A stretch of 64,000 nt of DNA. Origin: an uncultured Bacillota bacterium (lineage in GTDB: Bacteria; Bacillota; Clostridia; Tissierellales; Tissierellaceae). The translations under genes were made by a program, and so were the position numbers. The first letter of the stretch is position 1. Each line of letters opens with the position of its first letter. This document shows, piece by piece, positions 1 through 8,986 of the stretch. The notes below the pieces were generated by a model. It made no database searches and was not told where the DNA came from. It worked only from the letters and a program-made list of their open reading frames with translations. The DNA is taken from contig CALGAG010000041.1 in NCBI GenBank assembly GCA_937951995.1, forward strand, positions 4,401 to 68,400, given 5' to 3'.

Positions 1-717
1 ACCGGTAATATTCTGTCTCCATTGACAAGTGGAGTGACCACTGCAAGGGAAGGAATAGCCGGTTTTTTTTCTTCAATTGGCGAAACCTTTGAAGCAAGGG
101 AAGAGAATGAACTGCTTAAGGATGAAATCAAAAGGCTCCAATCAGAGAACCGAAACCTCTTGGACATAATAGGGAAAACAGATTACCTAAGAAATGAGAT
201 GGAGCTGGAAAGGGCAACTGAGCTTACCTTGCTGAAGGGCAAGGTTGTTGGGAAGGAGCCCGGAAATTGGTTTAGCAGGTTTACCATTAATCTCGGATCA
301 AAGGATGGAGTTATAAAGGGCGCCACTGTTGTACAGGGAGTTGAGGTTGAACAGCAGCTTTATCAGGAAGGGATTGTCGGCAGGGTTGTGGATGTTGGTG
401 ATAATTGGGCCAAGGTAACCACTGTAATTGATGAGCTAAACAGTGTATCATTCAAGATCATAAGAACTCAGGATGGAGGGGTCCTCTCTGGTGGCCTGGA
501 TGGGCAGCTGGAAGGTTACCTATTTGACTTTGAAGCGGATGTAATAGTTGGGGACAAGCTATACACATCGGGCTTGGGTGGAGTTTACACCCAGGACATA
601 TATATTGGAGAGGTAACTGAAATACGGACAAGCCAGGAAGAATTGACCAAGACCATAGTGGTACAACCAGCAGTAGACTTCAGGAAGCTCTACAATGTAT
701 TTATTATAGTAAATTGA
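1..717 (+). CDS. mreC: Rod shape-determining protein MreC (5'-truncated by window edge)
   Basis: Frame open from base 1; coiled coil then FTINLGSKDGV/GIVGRV/LYTSGLGG beta-barrel motifs; precedes mreD. Confidence 0.93.
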   Translation, partial: TGNILSPLTSGVTTAREGIAGFFSSIGETFEAREENELLKDEIKRLQSENRNLLDIIGKTDYLRNEMELERATELTLLKGKVVGKEPGNWFSRFTINLGSKDGVIKGATVVQGVEVEQQLYQEGIVGRVVDVGDNWAKVTTVIDELNSVSFKIIRTQDGGVLSGGLDGQLEGYLFDFEADVIVGDKLYTSGLGGVYTQDIYIGEVTEIRTSQEELTKTIVVQPAVDFRKLYNVFIIVN

Positions 718-730
718 ATGAGGGATTTAA

Positions 731-1231
731 TTGACCATTCTGCTTATTACCATGTCAATAATACTTAACATAATAATCCAAGCTACTCTGATACCAAATA
801 TCGGAGTTTTTGGCGTTGTTCCAAATACAGCCCTGGTTCTTGTAGTGATGATAGCACTTAAGAAAGGGAGAATATATGGATCTGCCTCCGGACTGCTGGC
901 AGGTCTTTTACAGGATGTGCTCTTTTCCATAACAATAGGTGTCAATGCATTCATATTGTTCTTTATTGGCTACTTTGTAGGATTTGCATACAATAGTCTA
1001 ACAAGGGAGTCTGGAATAAACCATTTTATCTTCACTGCATTGTCAACGGTATTCTACAATGTGCTTTTTTCGCTTATACAGTTCTTCCTTTCCAGGGATG
1101 TTAGCTTTGTTGATGCCGTCCAGAGCATATTTTCACTGGAAGTGGTATACAATGGAATCATCGCTGTGTTGTTATTTATGCTTATTCAAAGGTTATTCAC
1201 ACAGCCAAACTTAAAGTTTGGCAGGAGGTAA
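731..1231 (+). CDS. mreD: Rod shape-determining protein MreD
   Basis: 166 aa hydrophobic; GLLAGLLQDVL motif; between mreC and PBP2; TTG start. Confidence 0.92.
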   Translation: MTILLITMSIILNIIIQATLIPNIGVFGVVPNTALVLVVMIALKKGRIYGSASGLLAGLLQDVLFSITIGVNAFILFFIGYFVGFAYNSLTRESGINHFIFTALSTVFYNVLFSLIQFFLSRDVSFVDAVQSIFSLEVVYNGIIAVLLFMLIQRLFTQPNLKFGRR

Positions 1232-1237
1232 GATGTA

Positions 1238-4200
1238 ATGAAGCTTAGAGAGAAACTTTTCAATAGATACAGTTTAATGATATATTTTCTTGTTCTGATT
1301 ACAACGATGCTTCTCTTTAGACTTGCTACCTTGACCATTGCACAGGGAGACTATTACAGGGATCTCTCAGACAACAAGAGGGTCAAGGAGGTCTATACCA
1401 CCGCACCAAGAGGTGAAATTCGAGACAGACACGGTCGACTACTTGCAGGTAATGTTCCTACATTCACTGTGCAGCTACTTAAGGACGAATTGAACTTTGG
1501 AGATCGAACTGTAAGGAATGACAGTTTGCTTCAGCTGGTGAGGCTACTTGAGAGCGATGGGACAGAGTATGCAAACGACTATCCCGTAGAGCTTAACCTT
1601 ATCAAGTACAGGTCAATAGATTCCTATTTGACCAATGAGGTTGGGCCAATGGATAAGCTGGTAATCCAGATTCTTGAAAACAATCTATTGAATGAGTTCC
1701 TGAACATGGAATTTTCTAAGCCCTACAATGACCATTTTGGTCTTTCCATATTCAAAAGGGCGCAGGATATACTCAGCGACAAGAATCCTGAGATATATTC
1801 ACTGGACCCTGGCAATGAAGAAGATGTACTAAAGATCTCCCAACTCCTTCAGGATGACAAGGTGAACACCAGGAAAATAGTCGACCATCCTGTGGCCAGA
1901 CTGCTGGCATATGACCTGCTGAGAAAGTACGACCTACAGGAGGACCTTGCCCTTGAAGCATATGCATTGACCTACTATGAAGATTATATTCAGCAAAAGG
2001 CAGACCTGATGGATGAGTATCCATATATCACAATGGATACGAGTGGTGAGGAGGATTTTATAAACCTATTCAGTGAAATAGGATTATATTCATTCCTTAG
2101 CAGGGCAATTCCATTGGGGGGTGAAACAGAAGAATACCTGATACCTGGAGAGGTGCTGATTGAGTATCTTGAAGAAAATGGAGGAAGCTCACCAATAGAG
2201 ATCAGGATAGGCGACAATGGAACCGACCTCCTGTACAGCTTTGTAGACACAACAGGAATTTCAGACCAGGACCCGTTGGACCACCTAATTGGACTTGCTG
2301 AGGAAATGAATTTACTGGCTGGGTTTATAAAGGATGAAAGAATCAGATACCAGGCTCAGTCCCACCTTATTAACAGTGGAATCAATCCGAGGATTTCCGT
2401 TGCGGGTGATATTGAGTATGTTCACATAAACAATATGAACAACTGGTATGAAGCGAATAAGGTAGAGAAGGGAACACCTCTCGATGAAGCATTCATGGAT
2501 GTCAGGAGAATCTATAGCATCAATGAGAGCATATCCCCTTATGAGGCAAGGGCGTTGCTGGGATTGATCAACCAGTTGAACATTCAAGGATACCTGGCAT
2601 ACCAGCCCATAAATATCGCATATGGAATAAAGGATGAGACTGTAGCAAGAATTGAGGAAGGCTTATCGGGAGTTCCAGGGATAAATGTTTCCATTGAGCC
2701 CGTAAGGGTCTATCCTGAAGGAACAACAGCATCCCATATACTAGGCTATATCGGGAAGATCAGTCAGCCCTTTGAAATAGAAAAGTACATCAGGGAAGAA
2801 GGGTATTCGCCAGGGACACTAATCGGAAAAACAGGGATTGAGGAGAGTTATGAGCTTCAATTAAACGGAGTGAGCGGAATCAGGAAGGTGGAGGTTGACG
2901 TAGTTGGCAATACAACTAATGTCATAGAGGAGATCAGTCCTGTACCTGGAGACAATATTTACCTCTCCATTGACCTCAAGCTGCAAAAGACAGCTGAGGA
3001 AGCAATGAAACATACCCTGGACCAGCTTAGCAAAGGTGGAACCTTCAAAAGTGAATGGGGAGATTATACATTTGGGACCCATCGCAGGAAGGGACGACCC
3101 TATATAAATGCCAATTCTGGGGCTGTGGTGGTGCTTGATGTAAAGACAGGTGAAACCCTGGCCATGGTTAGCTACCCATCCTTTGACCCCAATCTTTTCT
3201 CCACTGGAATCAACAACACAGACTGGTTGAGTCTGTTTCCAGAGGATGCCGATAACCCCTTGGCTGCAAGACCATTGTACAACATAGCCACTCAGACAGC
3301 CGTACAGCCTGGTTCAACCTTCAAGATGGTCACAGGCTTGACTGCCCTTGAGAAGGGTCTTAATCCCCTTCTGAGGATCAGGGACATGGGTTATGTAACA
3401 GTGGGTGACAAGAGGTTTCATTGCCTAATATACACCAATACTGGGGGTACACACGGTTATGAGAATTTCTATGAGGCCTTGAGTGATTCATGCAACTACT
3501 ATTTCTATACCCTGGCCCTTGGAAGAAACCAAAGGACAGGCCAGGACATCGGGGTAAAGATTGAAATAGAGGACATTGTAGAAATGTCCAAAAAACTTGG
3601 TCTTAATGACAAAACTGGCATTGAGATCAACATACCATCTGAGGTTTCAGGTGGAGTGCCTGATCCCCAGCGAAAAATCATCACCACTAAATATCTTTTA
3701 AAGCAAATGCTTCAAAGAAGTATGGAAGGTTACATTATGGATGGCCATGAATTCAGTGAGGAAGATATTCAGCTTGCCATAGACGAGATAATAAGCTGGA
3801 CAGAACTTGAAGAAACACTTTCAAGAGCTGAAGTTGTAAGAAGACTTACCGGCATGGGTATCGAACCTGAGATGAGGCTTGCCGGTGAACGGGAAGGCCT
3901 TGCTGATAAGATCAAGTACACCTACCTCAACCAGGCTGGATGGAATATTTCAGATACACTGAACGTAACCATCGGTCAGGGACAAAGTGCATACACACCT
4001 ATACAAATGGCAAATTACATCGCTACCATAGCCAACGGAGGTTATCTTAACAGGGTAACACTTATTGACAGTATAAGAAACTACAACAACGTTTCAGTCC
4101 TATATGAACACAAACCTGAGAGAGAGCTGATTGGCCTGAATGACTATGAAAACCTTGAGCATGTGAAGCAAGGGATGGAAAAGGTTGCAGATGATGGAAC

Positions 4201-4492
4201 CGCAAGAAGGATATTCCAAAACTTTCCTGTTCCTGTTGGGGTAAAGACAGGTACAGCAGAGAGAAGCGGCATTAATCCATCAACTGGCGATACCTATGAC
4301 GACTTCGCTTGGTTTGTTGGCTTTGCCCCCTATGATGACCCTGAAATAGCAGTTGCCGCAGTTCTTTTCCAGGGAGGTTCAGGAGGCTACGCTGCACCCA
4401 TGGTTAGGGAGATTATCGCTGAGTATCTTGGATTAAACGATGTTGAGCAGATTGATACCCTGCCAATGGAGAACTCCATTGTATTTGATTAG
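1238..4492 (+). CDS. mrdA: Class B penicillin-binding protein 2 with large insertions
   Basis: N-terminal TM, APRGEIRDR motif, SxxK (STFK, S693), SxN (SCN), KTG (K1003); in mre operon. Confidence 0.92.
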   Translation: MKLREKLFNRYSLMIYFLVLITTMLLFRLATLTIAQGDYYRDLSDNKRVKEVYTTAPRGEIRDRHGRLLAGNVPTFTVQLLKDELNFGDRTVRNDSLLQLVRLLESDGTEYANDYPVELNLIKYRSIDSYLTNEVGPMDKLVIQILENNLLNEFLNMEFSKPYNDHFGLSIFKRAQDILSDKNPEIYSLDPGNEEDVLKISQLLQDDKVNTRKIVDHPVARLLAYDLLRKYDLQEDLALEAYALTYYEDYIQQKADLMDEYPYITMDTSGEEDFINLFSEIGLYSFLSRAIPLGGETEEYLIPGEVLIEYLEENGGSSPIEIRIGDNGTDLLYSFVDTTGISDQDPLDHLIGLAEEMNLLAGFIKDERIRYQAQSHLINSGINPRISVAGDIEYVHINNMNNWYEANKVEKGTPLDEAFMDVRRIYSINESISPYEARALLGLINQLNIQGYLAYQPINIAYGIKDETVARIEEGLSGVPGINVSIEPVRVYPEGTTASHILGYIGKISQPFEIEKYIREEGYSPGTLIGKTGIEESYELQLNGVSGIRKVEVDVVGNTTNVIEEISPVPGDNIYLSIDLKLQKTAEEAMKHTLDQLSKGGTFKSEWGDYTFGTHRRKGRPYINANSGAVVVLDVKTGETLAMVSYPSFDPNLFSTGINNTDWLSLFPEDADNPLAARPLYNIATQTAVQPGSTFKMVTGLTALEKGLNPLLRIRDMGYVTVGDKRFHCLIYTNTGGTHGYENFYEALSDSCNYYFYTLALGRNQRTGQDIGVKIEIEDIVEMSKKLGLNDKTGIEINIPSEVSGGVPDPQRKIITTKYLLKQMLQRSMEGYIMDGHEFSEEDIQLAIDEIISWTELEETLSRAEVVRRLTGMGIEPEMRLAGEREGLADKIKYTYLNQAGWNISDTLNVTIGQGQSAYTPIQMANYIATIANGGYLNRVTLIDSIRNYNNVSVLYEHKPERELIGLNDYENLEHVKQGMEKVADDGTARRIFQNFPVPVGVKTGTAERSGINPSTGDTYDDFAWFVGFAPYDDPEIAVAAVLFQGGSGGYAAPMVREIIAEYLGLNDVEQIDTLPMENSIVFD

Positions 4493-4574
4493 AACAAAAT
4501 AAAAATCTAAAACTATGGATTTTTACACCATAAACTAGTAGAATTAGAATAAGGCATTAGTTTGGAGGTAGCAC

Positions 4575-5222
4575 ATGAGAAAAGATGTAGTTTCTATCAA
4601 GGGAGTTGCTGGTGGCATTTACTTAAATGTCGAAGGAAATGATCTTGGACAGATCAAGACAGAGCTTGAAAGCAAAATGAAGACAGCTTCAAATTTCTTT
4701 AAGGGTAGCAAGTTCCTGGGAGTAAGGGGAGAAGACCTTACAGAGGAGAATAGGGTTGAAATCATGCTGCTTCTAAAGTATAAATACGATTTTGAGATTC
4801 AGATTGAAAAGGTTCCTGATCATGTTGTAAAGGACAATTATGAACCTGTTAAGGAAATGATTGCAGCTGAACCGGAAGTAGTACAGGAAGGCATGACCAA
4901 GTTCGTGCACGGTACCCTAAGGTCAGGACAGGAGGTGTCCTACAACGGAAATATTGTGGTAATAGGCGATGTGAACCCTGGGGCCCTCTTGAAGGCAAAG
5001 GGAAACATAGTAGTCCTGGGCTCATTGAGGGGTGTTGCACAAGCAGGTATCGGAGGCAATAGGCATGCAGTTGTCGCAGCTTACAGTTTGCTGCCCACTC
5101 AGCTTAGAATAGCAGACTATATAGTTAGGCCCCCAGAGGATGATATACAGTACAAGTATCCTGAAATAGCAAGAGTGGTTGATGGTGCAGTTGTAATAGA
5201 ACCTTATTTACCTAATAAATAA
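4575..5222 (+). CDS. minC: Septum site-determining protein MinC
   Basis: GTLRSGQ...VVIGDVNPGA...LGSLRGVAQAG motif. Confidence 0.95.
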   Translation: MRKDVVSIKGVAGGIYLNVEGNDLGQIKTELESKMKTASNFFKGSKFLGVRGEDLTEENRVEIMLLLKYKYDFEIQIEKVPDHVVKDNYEPVKEMIAAEPEVVQEGMTKFVHGTLRSGQEVSYNGNIVVIGDVNPGALLKAKGNIVVLGSLRGVAQAGIGGNRHAVVAAYSLLPTQLRIADYIVRPPEDDIQYKYPEIARVVDGAVVIEPYLPNK

Positions 5223-5237
5223 AAGGGAGGAACATAA

Positions 5238-6050
5238 ATGGCTAAAGATAAGATGGGAACAGCTATTGTTATTACATCCGGTAAAGGTGGTGTTGGTAAG
5301 ACAACAACAAGTGCAAACATCGGAACCGGGTTGGCAATACTCGGGTATTCGGTTGTAGTGCTTGATGCAGATATTGGGTTGAGAAACCTGGATGTTGTAA
5401 TGGGACTTGAAAATAGGATAGTTTACGATATTGTAGACGTAGTTGAAAAGAACTGCAAGCTTAAGCAGGCACTGATAAAGGACAAGAGATACGAGAAGCT
5501 GTACTTACTGCCAGCTGCCCAGACAAAGGATAAAACCGCTGTTAAGCCTGAGCAGATGGTAGAACTGGTAGGTGAACTGAAGAAGACCCACGACTACATT
5601 ATAATTGACTCGCCTGCGGGAATTGAACAGGGATTCCAGTATTCAATCGCTGGAGCAGACCGAGGAATAATCGTAACCACACCTGAGATATCAGCTGTAA
5701 GGGATGCAGACAGAGTCATTGGCATTCTTGAAGCCAATGAGCTTCACGACCCCCAACTGATAATAAACAGAATCAGACCAGACATGGTCAAACGTGGTGA
5801 CATGATGAACATGGATGACATTATCGATATTCTTGCAATTGATCTTATTGGGATAGTACCTGATGATGAATCAATAGTAATCTCAACAAACAAGGGGGAG
5901 CCTGTAGTTATGGATGAGAAGGCATTGGCAGGCAAGGCATACAGAAATATCGTTAGAAGAATCACCGGTGAGGAAGTTGAGCTGCTGAATCTAGAGGAAA
6001 ATGATGAGAGTAAGTTCAGTAAGGTTCTTAAACTTATATTTGGCAAGTAA
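5238..6050 (+). CDS. minD: Septum site-determining ATPase MinD
   Basis: TSGKGGVGKTT deviant Walker A; DADIGLRNLD; C-terminal amphipathic helix. Confidence 0.98.
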   Translation: MAKDKMGTAIVITSGKGGVGKTTTSANIGTGLAILGYSVVVLDADIGLRNLDVVMGLENRIVYDIVDVVEKNCKLKQALIKDKRYEKLYLLPAAQTKDKTAVKPEQMVELVGELKKTHDYIIIDSPAGIEQGFQYSIAGADRGIIVTTPEISAVRDADRVIGILEANELHDPQLIINRIRPDMVKRGDMMNMDDIIDILAIDLIGIVPDDESIVISTNKGEPVVMDEKALAGKAYRNIVRRITGEEVELLNLEENDESKFSKVLKLIFGK

Positions 6051-6064
6051 AGGAGGCGAACGGT

Positions 6065-6346
6065 TTGGATTTTTTCAAAATGTTTACTAGAAAAAAGGAA
6101 AACAGTAAAAATGTTGCAAAAGAAAGATTGAAATTGGTATTGGTACATGATCGCTCCGACCTGTCTCCTAGATTTCTTGAAATGATCAAGGGTGATATTG
6201 TCAAAGTGATTTCACAATACGCAGAAATTGATGAGTCAGAAATCGAAATCAAGATGACCAAGATGAAGAAGGAAGGCAACAAGTCTCCCGTATCAGCACT
6301 GGTTGCAAACATCCCAATTGTTAATGTAAAAGACAAGAAGAAGTGA
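6065..6346 (+). CDS. minE: Cell division topological specificity factor MinE
   Basis: SKNVAKERLKLVLVHDR motif; follows minD. Confidence 0.96.
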   Translation: MDFFKMFTRKKENSKNVAKERLKLVLVHDRSDLSPRFLEMIKGDIVKVISQYAEIDESEIEIKMTKMKKEGNKSPVSALVANIPIVNVKDKKK

Positions 6347-6348
6347 TT

Positions 6349-6376
6349 GCTCTAACCTTGGTTAGAGCTTTTCTTT
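6349..6376 (+). terminator. Rho-independent terminator after minE
   Basis: GCTCTAAC-CTTG-GTTAGAGC followed by TTTTCTTT. Confidence 0.8.
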
Positions 6377-6429
6377 GCCTGTGGGAAAGATTTCCCTTGA
6401 GGCAGTAAATCAATTGAAAGGTGAATTGA

Positions 6430-8277
6430 ATGATTAATAAATTTAAGTTGGATAAAGTTTTGATGAAGGTAGAAAAACCTTCCAGATATATTGGAATGGA
6501 GCAGAACATGGTACAGAAAAACCCGGATGAGGTTGATGTTAGTTTTGCTTTTTCATTTCCTGATGTCTATGAGGTAGGAATGTCACACCTAGGAATGCAT
6601 ATCCTCTATAACCTTATAAACAATGAATCCAGATACTCATGTGAAAGGGTTTTTGCCCCTTGGGTGGACATGGAAGCCCAGATGCGCAAGGAGTCCATAC
6701 CCCTGTTTACAATTGAGTCCAAGGAGGAAGTCAAGAATTTTGATTTCCTGGGATTCACTCTTCAGTATGAAATGAGCTATACCAACATTCTGAATATTTT
6801 GGACCTGTCAGGGATTCCGATCCATTCCAGGGACAGGGGTGGTGAGTTTCCACTGGTCATTGCCGGTGGCCCCTGTGCATACAATCCCGAGCCATTGTGG
6901 GAGTTCATTGACCTCTTTGTAATAGGTGAGGGCGAGGAGGTTACACTGGACCTGATCAAACTCTATGACAAGCATAAGAAGAAGGGCTATGACAAGAGAG
7001 AATTTCTTGAGGAAGCACAGGCTACAATGGAGGGAATATATGTACCATCCCTATACGATGTGAATTACAATGAGGATGGAACAATCAGGGATAGGTTCCC
7101 ATTGGTCTCAGGATTGCCTGAAACAATCAGCAAGAGAATGATTAGGGACCTGGATAGCATGTTTTCTCCAGAAAAGATGCTTGTACCGTATATGGAGACA
7201 GTCCACGACAGAATATCAATGGAGTTGTTCCGGGGATGTACACATGGATGCAGGTTCTGTCAGGCGGGGATGATATATAGGCCAATAAGGGAAAAATCCG
7301 TAGACAGGCTAATGGAGTTGGCAGAAAAACTTGTGGATTCAACAGGCTATGAAAACATTTCATTATCCTCTTTGAGCTCATGCGACTACTCCCAGCTCCA
7401 ACTTTTGATCTCAAGCCTGATGGATAGGTTTGAGGATAAAAAGGTAGGAGTCTCCCTGCCTTCCTTAAGGTTGGACTCTGTAAGCATAGACATTCTGAAG
7501 GAAATTGAGAAGGTTAGAAAAACTGGTCTTACATTTGCCCCGGAGGCTGGCAGCCAGAGGCTTAGGGATGTAATCAACAAGGGTGTTGACGAGGAGGACC
7601 TTGTCAATGCTGTGGGCTATGCATTCAAGGAAGGTTGGTCGAGGATCAAGCTGTATTTCATGATAGGCTTGCCAACTGAGACCGAAGACGATGTATTGGG
7701 TATCAAGGAGCTTGCATACTTGGTAAAGGACCTGTTTTTCAATAGACCACCGGAAGAGCGAAAGGGTAATTTTTCAGTTACTGCAAGTGCATCCTGCTTT
7801 GTTCCAAAGCCATTTACCCCCTTCCAATGGCATGGACAGGATACAATTGAGGAGTTTCAGGCCAAGATCAACCTGGTAAAGGGGAGTATCAAGGATAAGA
7901 AGGTAACCTTTAATTACCACGATCCTAGAGTTAGCTATTTGGAAGCCATAGTGGCCAGAGGAGACCGGAAAACAAGCAAGGTGATTTACAAGGCCTGGGA
8001 AAAGGGATGTAGATTTGATGGTTGGTCTGAACACTTTAAATATGAAACCTGGCTGGAAGCCATGGATGAGCTTGGAATTGATGGAAGCTTCTATGCAAAT
8101 AGAAACAGGGAGTTTTCAGAAAATCTTCCCTGGGATTTCATCAATCCAGGCCCCAGCAAAAAATACCTCCAGAATGAGTACACCAAGGCAATAAAGGGAG
8201 AAACAACAAGGGATTGCCGACTTGGTTGCACCGGTTGCGGAATACAGGATTGTGCCATGTGGGGGGTGTTCAATTGA
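6430..8277 (+). CDS. TIGR03960-family B12-binding radical SAM protein
   Basis: KPSRYIG N-terminus, FPDVYEVGMSHLG, GGPCAYNPEP, CTHGCRFC CxxxCxxC motif, C-terminal CRLGCTGCG. Confidence 0.9.
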   Translation: MINKFKLDKVLMKVEKPSRYIGMEQNMVQKNPDEVDVSFAFSFPDVYEVGMSHLGMHILYNLINNESRYSCERVFAPWVDMEAQMRKESIPLFTIESKEEVKNFDFLGFTLQYEMSYTNILNILDLSGIPIHSRDRGGEFPLVIAGGPCAYNPEPLWEFIDLFVIGEGEEVTLDLIKLYDKHKKKGYDKREFLEEAQATMEGIYVPSLYDVNYNEDGTIRDRFPLVSGLPETISKRMIRDLDSMFSPEKMLVPYMETVHDRISMELFRGCTHGCRFCQAGMIYRPIREKSVDRLMELAEKLVDSTGYENISLSSLSSCDYSQLQLLISSLMDRFEDKKVGVSLPSLRLDSVSIDILKEIEKVRKTGLTFAPEAGSQRLRDVINKGVDEEDLVNAVGYAFKEGWSRIKLYFMIGLPTETEDDVLGIKELAYLVKDLFFNRPPEERKGNFSVTASASCFVPKPFTPFQWHGQDTIEEFQAKINLVKGSIKDKKVTFNYHDPRVSYLEAIVARGDRKTSKVIYKAWEKGCRFDGWSEHFKYETWLEAMDELGIDGSFYANRNREFSENLPWDFINPGPSKKYLQNEYTKAIKGETTRDCRLGCTGCGIQDCAMWGVFN

Positions 8278-8975
8278 TATTAAGGACAAGGTTTAAAAAA
8301 ATTGGGTATTTGAAGTACCTTTCACATTTGGACTTGGTTAGGCTGTTTACAAGAACCTTCTCAAAGGCAGGAATACCCATTAAGTTTTCGGAAGGCTTCA
8401 ACCCCCATCCTAAATTCTCAATAGGGAATCCTTTGCCATTGGGTACTGAGAGCCTTGCGGAGTACATGGATGTTGAGCTTGCTGAGGTGATCAAGCCTGA
8501 GATCTTCATGGAAAGGATGAACAAGGCCTTGCCTGAAGGAATCCAGCTAGTGGACTGTAGATTGATTGAAAAGGGTCCTTCCCTTACTTCAATCATAGCA
8601 TGGTCTCACTACGATATAAGATTTGTGTCTGAACAATCAGGGGAGGCCATTGATGTTGAGGGAGCCCTTTCAAGATGGAACAAACTCTCTGAAGTTTATA
8701 TAAGCAAGAAGAAAAAGAAGGGTAAGAAGAAGGTGGAAAGACAGTTGGATATTTTGCCCCTGATCGGGAATTTAACCTACAAGGGCATGGACAGTGATGG
8801 ATTCCACATAATTAGTGGTCTCTTAAAATCAGGAGAATCGGGGAACTTAAAACCAATCGAACTGATTGAAGCCATGGATAGGGAACTTGAGCTTAATATT
8901 GATCTGGATATGGTAATGATAAAGCGTCTTGAAGTATTTGCTGATGAAGATGGAGAGATCAAGGAACTTGTATAG
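8274..8975 (+). CDS. TIGR03936-family radical SAM-linked protein (DUF2344)
   Basis: YLSHLDL...FSEGFNPHPKFS motif; TTG at 8274 overlaps upstream stop (start refined from 8214). Confidence 0.88.
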   Translation: MILRTRFKKIGYLKYLSHLDLVRLFTRTFSKAGIPIKFSEGFNPHPKFSIGNPLPLGTESLAEYMDVELAEVIKPEIFMERMNKALPEGIQLVDCRLIEKGPSLTSIIAWSHYDIRFVSEQSGEAIDVEGALSRWNKLSEVYISKKKKKGKKKVERQLDILPLIGNLTYKGMDSDGFHIISGLLKSGESGNLKPIELIEAMDRELELNIDLDMVMIKRLEVFADEDGEIKELV

Positions 8976-8986
8976 GGGTGCAGCAA

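Noticed and set aside
6376-6404. Cobalamin riboswitch upstream of the B12-binding radical SAM gene
   Set aside because: GGGAA is present, but the 83 bp gap is too short and lacks the other riboswitch helices.
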